In this document: one piece after another, positions 61,259-64,000 of the stretch
How positions within the stretch are numbered: position 1 is the first letter of the stretch
Layout: every line of letters begins with the position of its first letter
Source of the DNA: Raja brachyura
Lineage: Eukaryota
NCBI GenBank assembly: GCA_963514005.1
Contig: OY740788.1
Span: 9,114,001-9,178,000 of the forward strand
Direction of reading: 5' to 3'
Length of the DNA stretch: 64,000 bases
Translations under genes and position numbers: made by a program
Notes under the pieces: model-generated
Told to the model about the DNA's origin: nothing
Database searches by the model: none
Seen by the model: only the letters and a program-made list of their open reading frames with translations

Positions 61259-64000
61259 TTTACTTCGGAGTCACGTGAGTGACTACGTGAAGAAGCCCCG
61301 CCTGGCGCTGGATCGGCATTACGTCGACGCTATCGGTAGAGGAAGAGCTGCAGAGCGCAGCTCCAACACAGCGGTAGGGAAACGGCCCGCAGGTAAGTAA
61401 AATTATTTTACTTCCAGGGCGTTTTCTAAAACTCCGTAGGCTGGTGGGTAAACCAGGAGGAGTTAAACTAAAATTTAAAAAATTAAAAAATCGCGGGTAA
61501 AACGTGCGTCCCGGGGTGTAGGAGAGTCGGGACAGCAGAATATTGCGGAGTGGGTTCCGATACCGGTGGCCGTTGAAATACCCATTAGTGAGCCTTTGGT
61601 TGCTCCACAAACAAAAACTTTGAAAACCCAGTGCCTAAAAATGTAAAAGAAAAGCTTGAAAGGCCTGAGGTTTCTGATGAATTCAAAAGGTCCTGAAAGG
61701 AAAGCCTTTTGGCTCAGAATGGATCAAATGGAGAAAATACTCCAAACAATAATCAACCAAGGGTCTAAGAACCCAGAATATTCCCAAGCAGCCCCTGAGG
61801 GGGTTCCATATCATGAATATGGTGCCAGTTTGAATTGGGAATTGAAACTCCAGTGCCCGGGATTGGGCAGGAAGAAGTCTCCTTGAACAAGTTTCAGGAG
61901 TACCAGGGCTGTATGAGACTGACCCTGAAAGTGGTGTTTGCGGTCAGAAGTACCCACCACAATACAAATATGTTGATCCAGGTTTGTCTGATGTGGCACA
62001 AAGTTTGCTATACCTGGAGGAGGCGGTGAGGCCATGGAAGGAAACCTGGCGGCCAATATTAATTATATGGTCTCTCACCTGCCTCACGAAGCTGTTATGG
62101 TTGAGACAGCAGATTTGGATTAAAACACCTATTAATTGTACCTCACTGAAGGTACCTATGGTGAATCCGGCTATTTGGGCGCCAATGTCATCAATGATGC
62201 GGGCGCAGGAATTACGATTCAAAGAATCCTCAAGCTAATTTCGGCTGGCATCACTGTCTTTTGGAAGACAAGCTGGAAGGTTGTGGAATGACCAAAGTTC
62301 AGAACCATATGTTGGTTTTATTCTGCAACTCATTTTTTGAGATAAATTATGAGGAAGATTGCCATTCGGCCTCTATTACATCCAAGATTTGCAGGGTTGT
62401 GCAGGGCAAGCAATGTTCAAGCTCTTGGTTATTTGTTCAGAGAAAATCTGTCTAAACAAATTAAAGAAATTGATGAAGAGGCAAAAACTATTGGCCTTAT
62501 GAACCCCTTCAATGTTGGCCAGAGAAGGGCTGGTCAAATGAGAAGGGGATTTGATTTTGGAGCTGGAACAAGCCGAGGCAGGAGTATAAGGAAAAATTAC
62601 CAGCCAGCACAGCGAATGTACACCCATTATTGGGGGAAGGAGATCACTTCGTCCGGTTGGAGAGGTACAAAAACTTTATCCTATTAAAGAAGAATGTTGG
62701 ATGAACCTCAGTTTGGTGGTAGACTCCGAATGTTTTATAATGAATAGTATAACAGCTGATCGTGCTGTATTAGATACTGTGTTAGGATCTACCATTGATT
62801 TTGTAGAAGGTATGGATCCATTGGGACAGAATTAGCCTAATCATTCTTTGATGTTTTCTGTGCTTGAAAAAATTCAAATTGACAAAGAGGTTAAGAATTT
62901 GTGTGAGAAAGGAGTTATTGAGAAAATAAGAGAGGATCCACAACAATTTGTGTCAAATATTTTCCCCAGACTAAAGAGATGGGGGTTGTAGAATCATTTA
63001 GATCTCACACAATTGAATACATTTGTCCAGTATAAACATTTTAAAATGGACACATTCAACACTGCGATGCAGCTGGTATCAACAGGTTGTTATATGGCTG
63101 CAATAGATTTGAAGATGCATATTATTCAGTTCCAATTCATCAGCGCTTTCGCAGGTATTTAAAGTTTAAATGGATGGGACAGCTGTGGCAATACAAAGCA
63201 TTACATAATGGATTAAGCTCAGCACCTAGATTGTTCACTAAATTGTTGAAGCCAGCACTTGCACTGCTAAGGGCACAAAAACACATCGTTATGGCTTATC
63301 TAGATGACATTTTAATTGTCAATGCTAATCAGGAGTCAGCTGAAAAATCAGTCTCAGCAACTACAAGCTTGTTTGAAAAGCTGGGGTTCCTGATTCATCC
63401 AACAAAATCTAAGTTACAGCCATCCCAAACCATTGAATATCTGGGGTTTGTGATTAATTCAGTTACCATGTTGGTAACTTTACCAATGGAAAAGGTGATT
63501 GATTTGACAAATTTGTGTCAGAGCCTGATTAACAAACCTTATCCCTCCATCCGACAAGTTGCTAAGGTTATTGGGAAGTTGGTAGCAGCATTTCCAGAAG
63601 TAGAATTTGGTCCACTACATTACCAAAATCTTCAAAGGGCAAAAACTCAAGCGCTTATACAGCGAGCAGGCCATTTTGATAGGCCTATGCAATTGCCAAA
63701 GGAAGCCTTGTCAGAATTGCATTGGTGGATTGAGAATGTTCCACAAGCTGCTTAGAACATTTTAGTTCAGCAGCCAGTGGTGTTTGCAAACTGACGCAAG
63801 TTCTCTCGGATGGGGGGCTGCGGATAATGAGACCAGCTGTGGGGGCAGATGGACTGTCCAAGAGGATTTATTGCTCCAAACATATGGTATTAAGTATTTG
63901 GAGCTACTGGGAGCATTTTATGGATTAAAAGCTTATTGTTCTACTTTAAAGTATTTGCATGTCCAAATTCAAATAGACACTACCACAGCTGTGGCTTATA
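61259..64000 (+). mobile_element. DIRS1-like tyrosine-recombinase retrotransposon (gag-like ORF, RT, RNase H), degenerate, runs off the window
   Basis: DAYYSVPIH, GLSSAPRLFTKLLKP, MAYLDDILI, PSQTIEYLG; RNase H QTDASSLGWGA, YLELLGA, IDTTTAVAY; starts with TTT inside a CR1. Confidence 0.85.

Overview
Vertebrate (cartilaginous fish, probably skate/ray) genomic DNA. The minus strand from about 34.3 kb down to about 1.3 kb carries one apparently intact immunoglobulin heavy-chain cluster of the IgW (skate IgX/IgR) type. Its order is: leader - VH (ending in 9 extra nt plus a 22-bp-spacer RSS, suggesting a germline-joined V-D1) - one free 12/12 D - JH (23-RSS) - 7.9-kb intron - C1 - C2 - Cys-rich short secretory exon - C3 - C4 - candidate second secretory exon - C5 - C6+tailpiece/polyA - C7 - C8 (paralogs of C3/C4 lying 3' of the secretory terminus) - TM1 - candidate TM2. 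Exon boundaries were read by hand from GT/AG sites; all C exons are phase 1 and stop-free. The J-C intron holds a ~340-bp GAGCT/GGGGT tandem array resembling a mammalian S-mu switch region. The introns and the whole 34.5-64 kb flank are packed with transposable elements: many CR1 LINEs (one near full length), L2, Rex1/Babar, L1, a DIRS element, Penelope-like remnants with hammerhead-like motifs, a V-SINE, Harbinger- and Tigger-like MITEs, and non-autonomous Helitrons. No other host gene was recognised. Repeat boundaries are approximate.
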